This document shows positions 1-11,688 of a stretch of DNA of 64,000 nucleotides, one piece after another; within the stretch, counting starts at the first letter, position 1; the number at the start of each line of letters is the position of its first letter. The notes beneath the pieces are model-generated. The model searched no databases. It was not told where the DNA came from and saw only the letters and a list, made by a program, of their open reading frames with translations. Made by a program: the position numbers and the translations under genes. Source of the DNA: Octopus sinensis (taxonomy: Eukaryota); NCBI RefSeq assembly GCF_006345805.1, contig NC_043020.1:1860001-1924000 (forward strand), written 5' to 3'.

Positions 1-142
1 AATGAGAATAGAAAGAAAACGGAGCAAGTATAAAACAATACAAGTGTTAATAAGGATTACAGATTTTAGCACATCGACAGCGATTTTGAGGAGAGGGGTT
101 ACGTCTATTACATCGACCTTAGTGCTCAACTGGCATTTGTTT

Positions 143-444
143 ACCACAGATTTGCTTGTCATTTGCTTGACCTTGACTGGTTGAGTATATCCCTTAGTGG
201 CTGACAATATGTGCATTTCTGATCATGAGCAGAAGTAGTGGGGGAGCATCATAGCCGTGTGTTGAAAGGAATTCTTTGGGATTTGAATAATTCACCTTTG
301 GAAACATGGGTGGTTCGTTCAATATCCTTAAACAACCCTTATTCAGGGACCTATTGAGCGGGATGGGTTACTCGGGCAGAAGAAAATTCTTACTGGGCCC
401 CACCTACAAGGTCATGTGCTGTTTATTTTCATATGAAATCACCA
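143..444 (-). mobile_element. Partial copy of an interspersed repeat also present at 45029-45269 and 46495-46789
   Basis: The reverse complement aligns to the 45-46.8 kb copy (e.g. GGGGCCCAGT.AGAATTTTCTTC, CCCATCCCGCTC, GAACCACCCATGTTTCCA.AGGTGAATTAT, GTCAGCCACTAAGGG, GACAAGCAAATCTGTGGTA). Confidence 0.8.
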
Positions 445-722
445 CAATTTGTGTCTGTGAATATATTCCATCTTAGGCAGGACTGAGCAGCCAGAGACAA
501 TATGATTTATTGTCTTTTGTTCATCATCACATATTCTGCAGTTACTTGTATTTGTTTTCATTATGCGTTTTTGGCGATTTCTTGTGGGAAGGTTTTGATC
601 TTTTGCTGCAATTAAAAATCCTTCAGTCTCTGCTTTGAGTCTCGAGCTTCTTAACAATTGTTGGGATTTTGCTTTGTTTGAAAGAAGAATCAACAAAAAG
701 AGTACTCCATCCAGTGAGAGAT
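439..722 (-). mobile_element. R4/Dong-clade non-LTR retrotransposon fragment (region after RT, with CCHC zinc knuckle)
   Basis: Translation ...LKAETEGFLIAAKDQNLPTRN...CRICDDEQKTINHIVSGCSVLPKMEYIHRH matches the ETEG...A.QDQ and CxxC-x7-H-x4-C...Y..RH motifs of R4-clade elements with restriction-like endonuclease. It is truncated where it joins the repeat at 143-444. Confidence 0.8.
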
Positions 723-1029
723 AAATATTTAATGAATGCTGTATTTTATAATGTTACTGAAATCTTTCTAACCACGTCTCTATAGCAAAACACAATGCGT
801 AGTTCTTATTTTAATATTGCTTTCATTAAATTATATATATGTATATATTTATGCAGGTCATATGCTGCTTTAATATTATATTTTTATTTATTCCATTACA
901 TGTTTATAAATTATATATATTTTTTATTCTCTCAATTTTAATCATCATCTCTGACATTGTTTTGTTTTATTAAAATATTCTCATTTCAAATGCATTATTT
1001 GTATTAAAATGTGATGGCAACTTTTTGTC

Positions 1030-1032
1030 TGC

Positions 1033-1091
<59 letters not shown>

Positions 1092-1102
1092 ATATCTATC
1101 TA

Positions 1103-1141
<39 letters not shown>

Positions 1142-1181
1142 ATATTATATATATTATATATATATTATATATAATAATATC

Positions 1182-1232
<51 letters not shown>

Positions 1233-1330
1233 TTGTATGTATGTATATACATAGATGCATATATGTGTACGTATATACGTATGAATGCACATATCTATAT
1301 CTACACACACACACACACACATATCTACAT
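1030..1330. repeat. Compound microsatellite (ATCT)n-(CT)n-(TA)n-(TG)n-(CA)n
   Basis: Directly visible; explains ORFs 1011-1412 and 1104-1340. Confidence 0.95.
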
Positions 1331-1650
1331 AATAATACATAGGCGTGTGTGCAGTATGTGCATGGTTGTGTTTTTATGCATACGTGTGTGCGTATGTGGT
1401 GGGGTAATTTGATTTACGGTGACAAGTTACAAAGCCGATTTCCGAATGCAAACATTTATCGTATTCCCATATTAACTGATAAAAATTCTATTCAATCCCA
1501 TACAGGAAGACATGAAATTCAAAACTAAATATACGAAACGAAATTTACAGCCTCGTATCTCTAACACAAAAAACGTAGAAATTTGACACATGGAAAGCAT
1601 ATATGCAAATACACAGTTTACCAACACCACCCCTGTAGACCTCTTCTCAT

Positions 1651-1966
1651 ACGACCCAGCCGCATTTGCTCGCCATAGACTAACTACGACCCAGCCGCAT
1701 TTGCTCGCCATAGACTAACTACGACCCAGCCGCATTTGCTCGCCATAGACTAACTACGACCCAGCCGCATTTGCTCGCCATAGACTAACTACGACCCAGC
1801 CGCATTTGCTCGTAGTTAGACTAACTACGACCCAGCCGCATTTGCTCGCCATAGACTAACTACGACCCAGCCGCATTTGCTCGCCATAGACTAACTACGA
1901 CCCAGCCGCATTTGCTCGCCATAGACTAACTACGACCCAGCTGCATTTGCTCGCCATAGACTAACT
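1651..1966. repeat. 35-bp minisatellite, 9 units (ACGACCCAGCCGCATTTGCTCGCCATAGACTAACT)
   Basis: Head-to-tail units without spacers. Unit 5 is a 36-bp variant and unit 9 has one substitution. Confidence 0.97.
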
Positions 1967-2207
1967 ATGCATATTCTGCCGCCTCTTCTATAAATAGCAG
2001 AATGTTCAGATTAAAAACCGACGATTCATTATAACTGTTTTATACATACCTGGCTTGAAAACTGACCAAAGTAAGAGCATTCGAAACCATATTTTCAATT
2101 TAATGTCCGTGGTTTTTAATGTTGCCATTGTTGAGGTTTTGCGAAAGGCAGCTTGAGAGAAAAGATAGAAAAAAAGTAGGAATAAAAGTGAATGTCGATT
2201 CTTAATA

Positions 2208-2389
2208 TTTGTTTTGGCACAAGGCCAGCAATTGTGGAGAGGGGGGAAATGATCAACTGGAAGTATTTTATCGACCCTGAAATGATGAAATACCTCGACG
2301 TCAGCGGATTTTGAACTCAGAACGTAAAGACGGACAATATGTCGCTAAGCATATTTTGTCCAGCGTGCAAAGCTTCTTCAGGCTCGCCA
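2208..2389 (-). mobile_element. SINE family A, degraded copy
   Basis: Reverse complement retains the GGCGAGC head, GAGTTCAAAATCC B-box-like motif and GGGTCGATAAAATAC core remnants. Confidence 0.7.
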
Positions 2390-2425
2390 TCTTATTGATT
2401 CTTAATATTGCTACTAGATAAAAGT

Positions 2426-2824
2426 GGAGGCGCAATGGCCCAGTGGTTAGGGCAGCGGACTCGCGGTCATAGGATCGCGGTTTCGATTCCCAGACCGGGC
2501 GTTGTGAGTGTTTATTGAGCGAAAACACCTAAAGCTGCACATACTCCGGCAGGGGATGGTGCTGATCCCTGCTGTACTCTTTCACCACAACTTTCTCTCA
2601 CTCTTACTTCGTGTTTCTGTTGTACCTGTATTTCAAAGGGCCGGCCTTGTCACTCTCTGTGTCACGCTGAATATCCCCGAGAACTACGTTAAGGGTACAC
2701 GTGTCTGTGGAGTGCTCAGCCGCTTACATGTTAAGTTCGCGAGCAGACTGTTCCGTTGATTCGGATCAACCGGAACCTTCGTCGTCGTAACCGACGGAGT
2801 GCTTCCAAAAAAAAAAAAAAAGAA
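2426..2824 (+). mobile_element. tRNA-derived SINE family C, full length with target-site duplication
   Basis: A box TGGCCCAGTGGTTAG and B box GGTTTCGATTCC, followed by an A-rich tail. ACTAGATAAAA is duplicated at 2413-2423 and 2825-2835. Highly similar copy at 57568-57955. Confidence 0.92.
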
Positions 2825-2965
2825 ACTAGATAAAAACTTTTCTTCAATAAAAAGTTTATGCATTTATTAAAGCTACGAATAGGTAAACCCGCTGGAGCAA
2901 AGGAAGAATTGTCGTTATTTGTTTCGTCTCTCGGCACTCTGTGTTCAAATGCTGTCAAGGACAAA

Positions 2966-3186
2966 CTCTTTCTCTTTACTCTTTTACATGTTTCAGTCAT
3001 TTGACTGTGGCCATGCTGGAACACCGCCTTTAGTCGAGGAAATCGACCCCCGGGACTTATTCTTCGTAAGCCTAGTACTTATTCCATCGGTCCCTTTTGC
3101 CGAACCGCTAACTTACGGGGACGTAAACACACCAGCATCGGTTGTCAAGCGATGTTAGGGGGACAAAAACAGACACACAAGCATAT

Positions 3187-3217
<31 letters not shown>

Positions 3218-3386
3218 CATAAATACACAGGCTTCATTCAGTTTCCGTCTACCAAATGTACTCACAAGTCTTTGGTTGGCCCGAGGCTATAGTAGAAGAC
3301 ACTTGCCCAAGGTGCCACGCATTGGTACTGAACCCGGAACCATATGGCTGGTAAGCAAGCTACTACCCCGCAGCCACTCCTACGCC
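2966..3386 (-). mobile_element. tRNA-headed SINE family B (about 400 bp, internal TA/TG microsatellite)
   Basis: Similar to copies at 8253, 22441, 24371, 27281, 56597, 58954 and 60657; carries the family head and the ...CAGTCAAATGACTGAAAC...AAAAGAGTAAAGAG tail. Confidence 0.92.
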
Positions 3387-4135
3387 TACGCTTCTTGACT
3401 TTTCATTATTTCGGGGTCAATAATGTACCACTTAATTAGTATAGAAGTCTCATCTTCCAAGCAATCAGCTACATTGTACCTTAAGAGTGATTATTCACAG
3501 CGTCACTTTTCCCCAGAAGTGAAGAATTTGTAAGTGAGGAGCAGGAATCTTTTGCATGTAAGGCTGAAGTTGAGATTGGGAAGAGAATGCAAACCCTTAA
3601 TTCACATGCTACAAAGTATTGCAATATCTGGGACTAGAAGAATCTGAAAGACCTTCTAAGGATCTAAAGGACGATGCTTAAAACGAAATACTTTGCTTCA
3701 CAACCTTGCTACCATAAAGGTGACCGGTAAAAATTTAATTTAATATTCTTTTCTACTCTAGGCCAAAGCCCGAAATTTTTGGGGGAGGGGACCAGAATGA
3801 AAGCAGCAATATAACACCAATTGGGACCAATATTTAGTCTGACGTGATATCGATTTCTCTACTGGAATAATACAGCAGTTTAGATAATCACATCGGCATG
3901 TAATCAATTACAACTGGACAGGTAAAGTTAATTAAATTTATTGATATTTAATTACATAACAACAACAAGTTGGACAACCTGCAGAGAACATGGTAACTAC
4001 TGCGATAGTCTTAATTAACGATGTCTGACTTTCAATTTGGAACAAGCATGTAGATAGAAGAGATTAAATGAATGAATTATAAGCAAATCACGCCGTTGTT
4101 TTAGCACGTTTTAGCCTCAAGACACTTCTTAATCT

Positions 4136-4488
4136 TTTATCGTTCATATGTTTCAGTCATTGGATAGCGGCCATCCTGGGGCACTTCATCGAAATGTTAT
4201 ATATGTATATATATGTACACACACCACATATATATACATACATACATATATATATATATATATTATATATATAGATATATATATATATATATATTAATAT
4301 GTGTGTGTATATATAATATATATATATAATATATATATATTATTTCTGTTTCCATCTACCAAATCCACTCACAAGGCTTTCGTCGGCCCGAGGTATAGTA
4401 GAAGACACTTATACAAGGTGCCACGCAGCGAACAGAACCGGACCATGTGGTTTGTAAGCAAGCTACTTACCACGCAGCCACTCCCGAG

Positions 4489-4490
<2 letters not shown>
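4136..4490 (-). mobile_element. SINE family B, internally deleted or degraded copy inside a (TA)n tract
   Basis: Head at 4343-4490 (CTACCAAATCCACTCACAAGGC...GCAGCCACTCC) and tail remnant at 4136-4190. Confidence 0.8.
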
Positions 4491-4538
<48 letters not shown>

Positions 4539-4626
4539 TATATGTATATATTATGTATATATATATTATATATATATTATATATATATATATTATATATA
4601 TATATATATATACATAGATAGAATAC

Positions 4627-4667
<41 letters not shown>

Positions 4668-4761
4668 CTATATTATATATATATAATATATATATATATA
4701 TATAATATATATATATAATATATATATTATATATATTATATAGATTGTATATCATATAATA

Positions 4762-4967
4762 TAGCTCCCTCGCCATATCGTGGTTCATCTATCACGCATT
4801 CAGTACACCGTGGATTTTCTGGCTCATGTATGTGAATTTATATCGTGGACTCCTCAGTATATCCGGGTTTCTGCAGCCGATAGGTATTTATTTATATTTT
4901 CTTAATATTTAATTATTTCTGTGAGAGGTTCTGGAACGTAACACCCGTGATAGTCGAGGGATTACTG
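4762..4967. mobile_element. MITE, probably Tc1/pogo (Tigger-like)
   Basis: Imperfect terminal inverted repeats TAGCTCCCTCGCCATATCGTGG / CCCGTGATAGTCGAGGGATTACTG around about 200 bp with no coding capacity. The family assignment is an inference from TIR style. Confidence 0.55.
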
Positions 4968-4972
4968 AATAT

Positions 4973-5014
<42 letters not shown>

Positions 5015-5086
5015 AACCGGAGTAACACATAAATGTGAACAAGGTGGAAAAAGAGTACTCAAATACCAGTGGTAGAGTAATATGCT

Positions 5087-5160
5087 TTTATTTAAAGCAG
5101 CAAAATTCAACAAACCTCAGAGTAACAGGTTTTGTTGAATTTTCTGCTGCTTTAAATAAA
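5087..5160. repeat. Near-perfect palindrome (arms about 30 bp, 11-nt spacer), related to the element at 39520-39655
   Basis: TTTATTTAAAGCAGCAAAATTCAACAAACC-TCAGAGTAACA-GGTTTTGTTGAATTTTCTGCTGCTTTAAATAAA. Confidence 0.85.
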
Positions 5161-5519
5161 GTATATGTATATAATATATATAATATCTATATATATATAT
5201 ATTAATATATATATAAGTATTCTTTGGCCATATATATAATTATATATATTATATATATATATATATATACATAATATAAATGTATATATGTATGTACGTA
5301 TATGTACATTTCCATACGTGTGTGTATGTGTATGTATGTACGCACGTATATGTATGTACTTATATATGTATACATTATCAGTATAATCCAGTGTCGTATT
5401 GATGTCTCCTTATGGTGACCTCGTTTGTCATTCAATCCTCCGTAAGCTCTATGGCGACGGAAGAGTGGTCATGTGTGTGCAGACCCAACGAGGTACAAGT
5501 GTACAATCCCCTACTCCTC

Positions 5520-5650
5520 AAACCATGCATTTGAGAAGTCATGGACGGAAAGTCAGAAATACCATTCACAGCAACGAAGCATGAGGACACGTGTATCATC
5601 TGTGAACATGAAGTAATCACCATATATGAATATGTGGTTTGTGAGAATGT
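5520..5650 (+). mobile_element. Possible decayed piggyBac-type transposase C-terminal cysteine-rich domain
   Basis: ...EIPFTATKHEDTCIICEHEVITIYEYVVCENVPVC resembles the C..C....T.Y.C..C.VP.C spacing, with one Cys read as Tyr. It is short and runs into (TG)n. Confidence 0.3.
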
Positions 5651-5651
5651 G

Positions 5652-5699
<48 letters not shown>

Positions 5700-6496
5700 C
5701 GTGCGTGTGTGTGTATGTGTCTTTGTGTGCGTGTGTGTATATTTGTATACATATGTACGTATATATTAACGGTGGAACACGAAGTAGATGAAGCTAAGAA
5801 AAGAAGCGAGTAAATGAGTTAAAATATCCTTTGGATATCAAAGATTCGCTTTGTTAAAACGTCTTCAATGTTTTAAATTGGGGAAGAATTATAAGTGAAA
5901 CGGGTTTTATATAAGTGAAAAGAAACCACAAACTACATTTTCAAAAAAGCTGAAAAGTTGAAAATTAGAATTAATAAACAAAGTAGAAGAAAGAAGAATT
6001 AAAGGAAATCCCAAACAAACCGTTTCATAGCAAACGCCGGAACGAAATTATTTTCTAAGGCGAGTTTGTTCACGTGAAGAAGTTGCAGATGAAAACGTCA
6101 TAGAAAACATATCACGTGACGGAGGGGGGGGGCACAAATCAATTTGATTGTGATGCAATTCCGTCGTCGTTAAATTATGATAAAATAATTAGGGAATACC
6201 TGAGAGAAAGTGAGAGAGAGGAAGGGTGGGAGATTGATAGGTGGATTCAGAGGTGGGGGGAGTAACAGACACAAATGTAATAATGATGTTTTCACGAGAG
6301 ACATACTCACGCATATACACAGACACACACAAACATGTATACACATTCGCACCCTCCCCCCACATATATATATATTAATTTAAGTCACAGTATGTGGATT
6401 CAAGTAGTCCGGTCCGGTAGTACTCATAAAAAATCTCCTTAACGTATATACACACATCCATATACATATATACATGTATATACATACATTAGGTTA

Positions 6497-6551
6497 GGAG
6501 CACTCCGTCGGTTTCGACGACGAGGGTCCCAGCTGATACGATCAACAGAAC
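6497..6551 (-). mobile_element. 3' tail fragment of SINE family C/D
   Basis: Reverse complement GTTCTGTTGATCGTATCAGCTGGGACCCTCGTCGTCGAAACCGACGGAGTGCTCC matches the family C/D tail. Confidence 0.8.
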
Positions 6552-6601
6552 ATTATATTATAATATAATATAACATAATATAATATAAATATATACGTAT
6601 A

Positions 6602-7013
6602 TATTTCTTTATTGCCCTCAAGGGGCTAAACACAGAGAGGACAAACAAGGACAGATAAACGGATTAAGTCGATTATATCGACCCCAGTGCGTAACTGATA
6701 TTTAATGTATCGACCCCGAAAGGATGAAAGGCAAAGTCGACCTCGGTGGAATTTGAACGCAGAACGTAGCGGCAGACGAAATACTTATTTCTTTACTACC
6801 TACAAGGGGCTAAACATAGAGAGGACAAACAAGGACAGACAGAAGGATTAAGTCGATTACATCGACCCCAGTGCGTAACTGGTACTTAATTTATCGACCC
6901 CGAAAGGATGAAAGGCAAAGTCGACCTCGGCGGAATTTGAACTCAGAACGTAAGAATAGACGAAATACCGCTAAGCATTTCGCCCGGCGCGCAAACGTTT
7001 CTGCCAGCTCGCC
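6602..7013 (-). mobile_element. Dimeric SINE family A (full monomer plus 5'-truncated monomer) with 14-bp TSD
   Basis: Two tandem core and tail units joined at 6784/6785. AATATATACGTATA is duplicated at 6588-6601 and 7014-7027. The core GCCTTTCATCCTTTCGGGGTCGATA resembles the Meta/MESC-type SINE domain, recalled from memory and not verified. Confidence 0.9.
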
Positions 7014-7112
7014 AATATATACGTATAGCTATACGTATATATGTAAATACATATATGCAATAATGTAAGTATATATACATACGTGCATGTGTATCTATGT
7101 GTATGTGTGTGC

Positions 7113-7150
<38 letters not shown>

Positions 7151-8252
7151 TGTGAGTGTGTGTGTGTGCGTAAAATTGGGAAACGGCTTTGATTGCCAAC
7201 TGTTTATTAAAAGGCCTAGCTATCTTGTTTTATTAATTATTTTTAAAGCTCTTTCGTATTTCTTACTTATATCTTCGCTTGTAGTTTAAGAGAATAACGT
7301 GCCTAAATCCAACAGTCTGGTCACACTTCACGGTATCCTTGTTCTCGTTGTCAGAATAAATTGATGGTCATAACGTTGAGTTGTTCACGAACTGTTCAGT
7401 ACGTCACGTAAGGCCCTGAGGATATCGTTACAACTGACAATCCCATCCATGTCCGATTTAGATGTAATACAACAGTTAATTCCTAATAGATATCATAATT
7501 ATTTAGAAGATGAAATAATTAGTCGTCCAGCATATGTCTAACTGATTTTTAGATAGTTATTGATGTTTGATATTCAGAACTTTTTACGTTTATGATTTGA
7601 GACGCTAAAACGTCTAGGACTATGTTGCCACAAGTCCATATGGAATTCTGTTCGGTTTCCATCATGGTTATTTGATATTCTTGTGGACACGAAAACGCAA
7701 AAATAATCAAATTTCTATAGAAACAATATCATCATCCTAACCGCTGAGCCTGGATGCGCATTCATCCATCCGTCGATGCTCTCGGTGTCGAGGGGATTGA
7801 CCTGCTTTCTCTTCTGCGGGTCTTACGAATATAGCAAAGGACCACGTTTCGGACTTCTCCCACTCTGGGATGAAGACCACTTCGCTCAACAGCAACAGCA
7901 ACAGCAGATCTTTAATTAATGGCTCTTTAGATTTGTTAGCAAATGGCTGCCAGTGTAACTGAAGATGGACTTTGCTTTGCAAGCAAATGAAAATTATACG
8001 TTCATTAGTTCCTTAATATAATTTGTTCAGCCGCCACACCGAAAGCCGTACTGGAAATCTCTATCAAATAACAGGATATCCTCATAACATGACATTAAAA
8101 GGTATCAGTTGGTAATATCGAGTATGTGGGCAGAAAATAATTAAATCTGAACGAATGCAAACAGAAGCCTAATGCTTCGATAAAAATGGTTGGAATTGAA
8201 TGAGAAGATACGCCGTGTGAATTACGTTACTGAATTCACGAAGTTCTCAAAC

Positions 8253-8482
8253 ACTCTTTTACTCTTTTACTTGTTTCAGTCATTTGACTGCGGCCACGCT
8301 GGAGCACCGCCTTTAATCGAGCAACTCGACTCCGGGACTTATTCTTTTGTAAGCCCAGTACTTATTCTATCGGTCTCTTTTTGCCGAACCGCTAAGTAAC
8401 GGGGACATAAACAAACCAGCATCGGTTGTCAAGCAATGCTAGTGGGACAAACACAGACACACAAGCACACACACACACACGC

Positions 8483-8515
<33 letters not shown>

Positions 8516-8673
8516 TACGACGGGCTTCTTTCAGTTTCCGTCTACCAAATCCACTCACAAGGCATTGGTCGGCCAGGGGCTATAGCAGAAGACACTTGCC
8601 CAAGATGCCACGCAGTGGGACTGAACCTGGAACCATGTGGTTGGTTAGCAAGCTACTTACCACACAGCCACTC
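8253..8673 (-). mobile_element. SINE family B
   Basis: Family head, body and tail with internal (CA)/(TA) microsatellite. Confidence 0.92.
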
Positions 8674-8785
8674 GTTACCACTGTTGTAATGATTTTAACG
8701 TTGGATTATTATAACGCCCACTTCGGTATACAGAATGCTTAGTAAAACCAGTAAAGCCACTGTCTATTTGGTTAATACACACACG

Positions 8786-8828
<43 letters not shown>

Positions 8829-9169
8829 ACACACACACACACACACATACAGACACTCAAACGCACACACACATGTACACATTTAGGTTTGAAGATGAAA
8901 ATAGGAGCGAAGAACAGGTTTGATAAGCGCTGGTGAACGAAACTCTCGGCCTTCCAGTCACTCTGATGCCTTTGCTAAATATTACTAAAAACATAAGTAC
9001 ACACATACACATATATACACACATATATATGTTTCTGTTTGTATGCATGTATATTTGTATGTATATGCACTTATTTACCCCTACATTTGTGTATTTCTGA
9101 AGAGAGGAAGAAAGAGAACGAGAAAGGTATGTATATATGTATATATATTGTATACGTCTATGTATATAT

Positions 9170-9310
9170 TTCTATTTTCATCCTTTCGGGGTCGATTAAA
9201 TAAGTACCAGTTATGCATTGGGGTCGATATGATCGACTTAATCCGTTTGTCTGTCCTTGTCTCTTCCCTCTGTGTGTAGCTCCCTGTGGGCAGTAAAGAA
9301 ATAAGAAATA
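9170..9310 (+). mobile_element. SINE family A, 3' fragment
   Basis: TTCATCCTTTCGGGGTCGATTAAATAAGTACCAG...GGCAGTAAAGAAATA. Confidence 0.85.
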
Positions 9311-10319
9311 TATAGTTTTATACAAATATACATAAATGTGTATGTATATATGTATATATATATGTATATATATATATATGTATATATATATGTGTATATA
9401 TATATATATATATGTATGTATTTATGGATAATGTATAGTATATACGTATATGCATATTTTTCTAAGTAGTTTTGTACAAACACATACTCATACATGTATG
9501 TTTGTGTGTATATATATATATACACACAAACATATATACATAATATACATAATATATATATATATATACATACTATAATATACGTATGATTATATATGTA
9601 TAGACATACATATATACGCATATGCGCGCACACACATACACACACACATATATACTTATAAAATCAGTATTTATATATATATATATCATGTGTATATATG
9701 TATATATATATATGTGAGTGTGTATACATATACAAGTATTACCTATATTATAAATGTATAGATACGTATGCATGTACAAAGAGAGAAAGTGAAAGTGAGA
9801 GAGAGAGGGTGGGAGGGAAAGAGAGAAAGAGACAGACAGTCGGACAGACAAAATGAGATGTGACAAAGAGTGGAGAAACTTTATTCAAAGAAAATTCGAC
9901 ATCATAACAAGCAAACAAGCAAACAGCATCAGATCTGGGAACAATGACAGATCGGAACTGTACCAAAATTACACTAATTTAATAATTGAAACAACGCCTT
10001 CTCGAAGGTGAACAAATAATAATGAAAACATCAGCATGAGGTTATTATTTGTCAGTTACCTTATTGTTAAATATCCTTCAAATACTGATGTATAATAGAA
10101 AAAAAATGTTAGACCGTTGCTGAAATTGGTTACAAAATAATTAGTTGGACTGAGATTCGTGTTTTCTGAAGAAGAAGAAAAAAGAAGGAAATTGTAGAAA
10201 GTTTTTGAAAAAATATACTCGTTCATATATCATATCACACGAAGCACGTTTTCTGCCACGAAAATATGTTCACAACAAATAAATGTAGCGAGAAGTAGCG
10301 AGAAGTACTTTCGTTTATT

Positions 10320-10735
10320 TATTGGCTGAGAGATTTAGAGAAACAGAGAGAGAGAGAGGTATTTCGTCTGCCGTTACGTTCTGAGTTCAAATTCTGCCGA
10401 GGTCAACTTTGCCTTTCATCCTTTCGGGGTCAATAAATTAAGAACCAGTTACGCACTGGGGTCGATGTAATCGACTTAATCCCTTTGTCTGTCCTTGTTT
10501 GTCCCCTCTGTGTTTAGCCCCTTGTGGGTAGTAAAGAAATATATATTGGCGGAGAGATTGAGAGAAACAGAGAGAGAGGGGTATTTCGTCTGCCGTTACG
10601 TTCTGAGTTCAAATTCTGCCTAGGTCGACTTTCCCTTTCATCTTCTTGGGGGCGGTAAAATAAGCAGCAGTGAAACACTGGGGTAAATGTAGTCGAATAG
10701 CCCTTCCCATCCCACCCCACCAAATTTAACGTGGT
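10320..10735 (+). mobile_element. Two tandem 5'-truncated SINE family A copies sharing a duplicated GA-rich leader
   Basis: TATTGGC.GAGAGATT.AGAGAAACAGAGAGAGAG..GTATTTCGTCTGCCGTTACGTTCTGAGTTCAAATTCTGCC occurs at about 10320 and about 10544. Confidence 0.85.
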
Positions 10736-11324
10736 CACAATTTTGTAATTTGCTTAATTGCTTTTTAATTGATTTTAAAATTTTATTTCTAATTTATTTT
10801 CAAAATGTCTCTGGTTTTGATTGAATCTTTAAATTCTTTTTTCCTCTTAGTTTTTTCTTACTCATATTACAATCATTATAATTTTTGAATATTTATTCTT
10901 TTACTAGACATAATTATTTCGTAAAATAATAATATATTGGCTATTTTCTTTTCGAACAGTCATTAACTCAACCTGACTTCTACTACTCATAGATTATAAT
11001 TAGAATTAATACTAAGCAAATGGCATTTCCACCCTCCTGAATACCTCCCCTGCGTATTTTAATTAGTCTGCGATAACTTTAAAGGAGGAAGAATTTTGCC
11101 ATAAACATTCTTCAAGTTGACGAGTAGAATGAGTGAGATTGCAAAAAATAATTATCACATTATAAGTCTACATAAACTGATAAATACAAACCTTGAGTAG
11201 GTCTGCTGAAAAAATCACCATAACCCTTTCAATGGTTAATTACTGTTATTCTTACGACCTATCCCCCTTAAAATGTCTTCTATTCCAAGCAATGCGGTAT
11301 AGCTTGATTACGGGTAGGATTGTG

Positions 11325-11688
11325 TTAAGTTAAGTTAATTTTTTGGCTCAAAAAGCAAAAAGCAAGGCCATGTAGGGGGACAGGGAGTTATGTACAGGGA
11401 GGGTGGTCATGCAAGGAGTTCAGACCATTTCTGGTCAAGAGAGACTTTGAACCGAGCGGTCGTCGACATCTTCACTATCTCGTCCGGCAGCTTATTCCAC
11501 GGATCCGCAACCCGGACGGAGAAAGCCCCTCTCCTTCGATTGAGATGAAATCGTCGCAGATAGAACTTTTCGGAGTGACCCCGCAGCCGACGCTCTGGAG
11601 CAGGAGTGAAGAACAGCTCTTTCGAGAGGTTACACTTTCCGCTTATGATGTTGTGAGCTTATGATGTTGTGAGCTTGTGATGTTGTGT
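11325..11688 (-). mobile_element. CR1-clade LINE, 5'-truncated 3' end (ORF2 C-terminus, 3'UTR and (TTAAC)n tail)
   Basis: Open translation HNIISGKCNLSKELFFTPAPERRLRGHSEKFYLRRFHLNRRRGAFSVRVADPWNKLPDEIVKMSTTARFKVSLDQKWSELLA* carries the CR1 motifs LRGH, FS.RV...WN.LP and FK..LD. Confidence 0.88.

Noticed and set aside
1630-1645. CCCTGTAGA as miR-10
   Set aside because: Only a 9-nt match; the rest of the mature sequence and a precursor hairpin are absent.
1651-1966. 35-bp repeat array as a CRISPR array
   Set aside because: The units are contiguous with no unique spacers, there are no cas genes, and the context is eukaryotic.
6071-6150. Paired CACGTG E-boxes plus an ATCAAT/TTGATT motif as an enhancer
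   Set aside because: Short motifs alone cannot support a regulatory call without conservation or chromatin data.
7790-7890. Hammerhead-like GGA-GAAG-TCC-GAAAC on the minus strand
   Set aside because: The CUGANGA box is absent (CCAGAGTG) and helix III cannot be formed convincingly.
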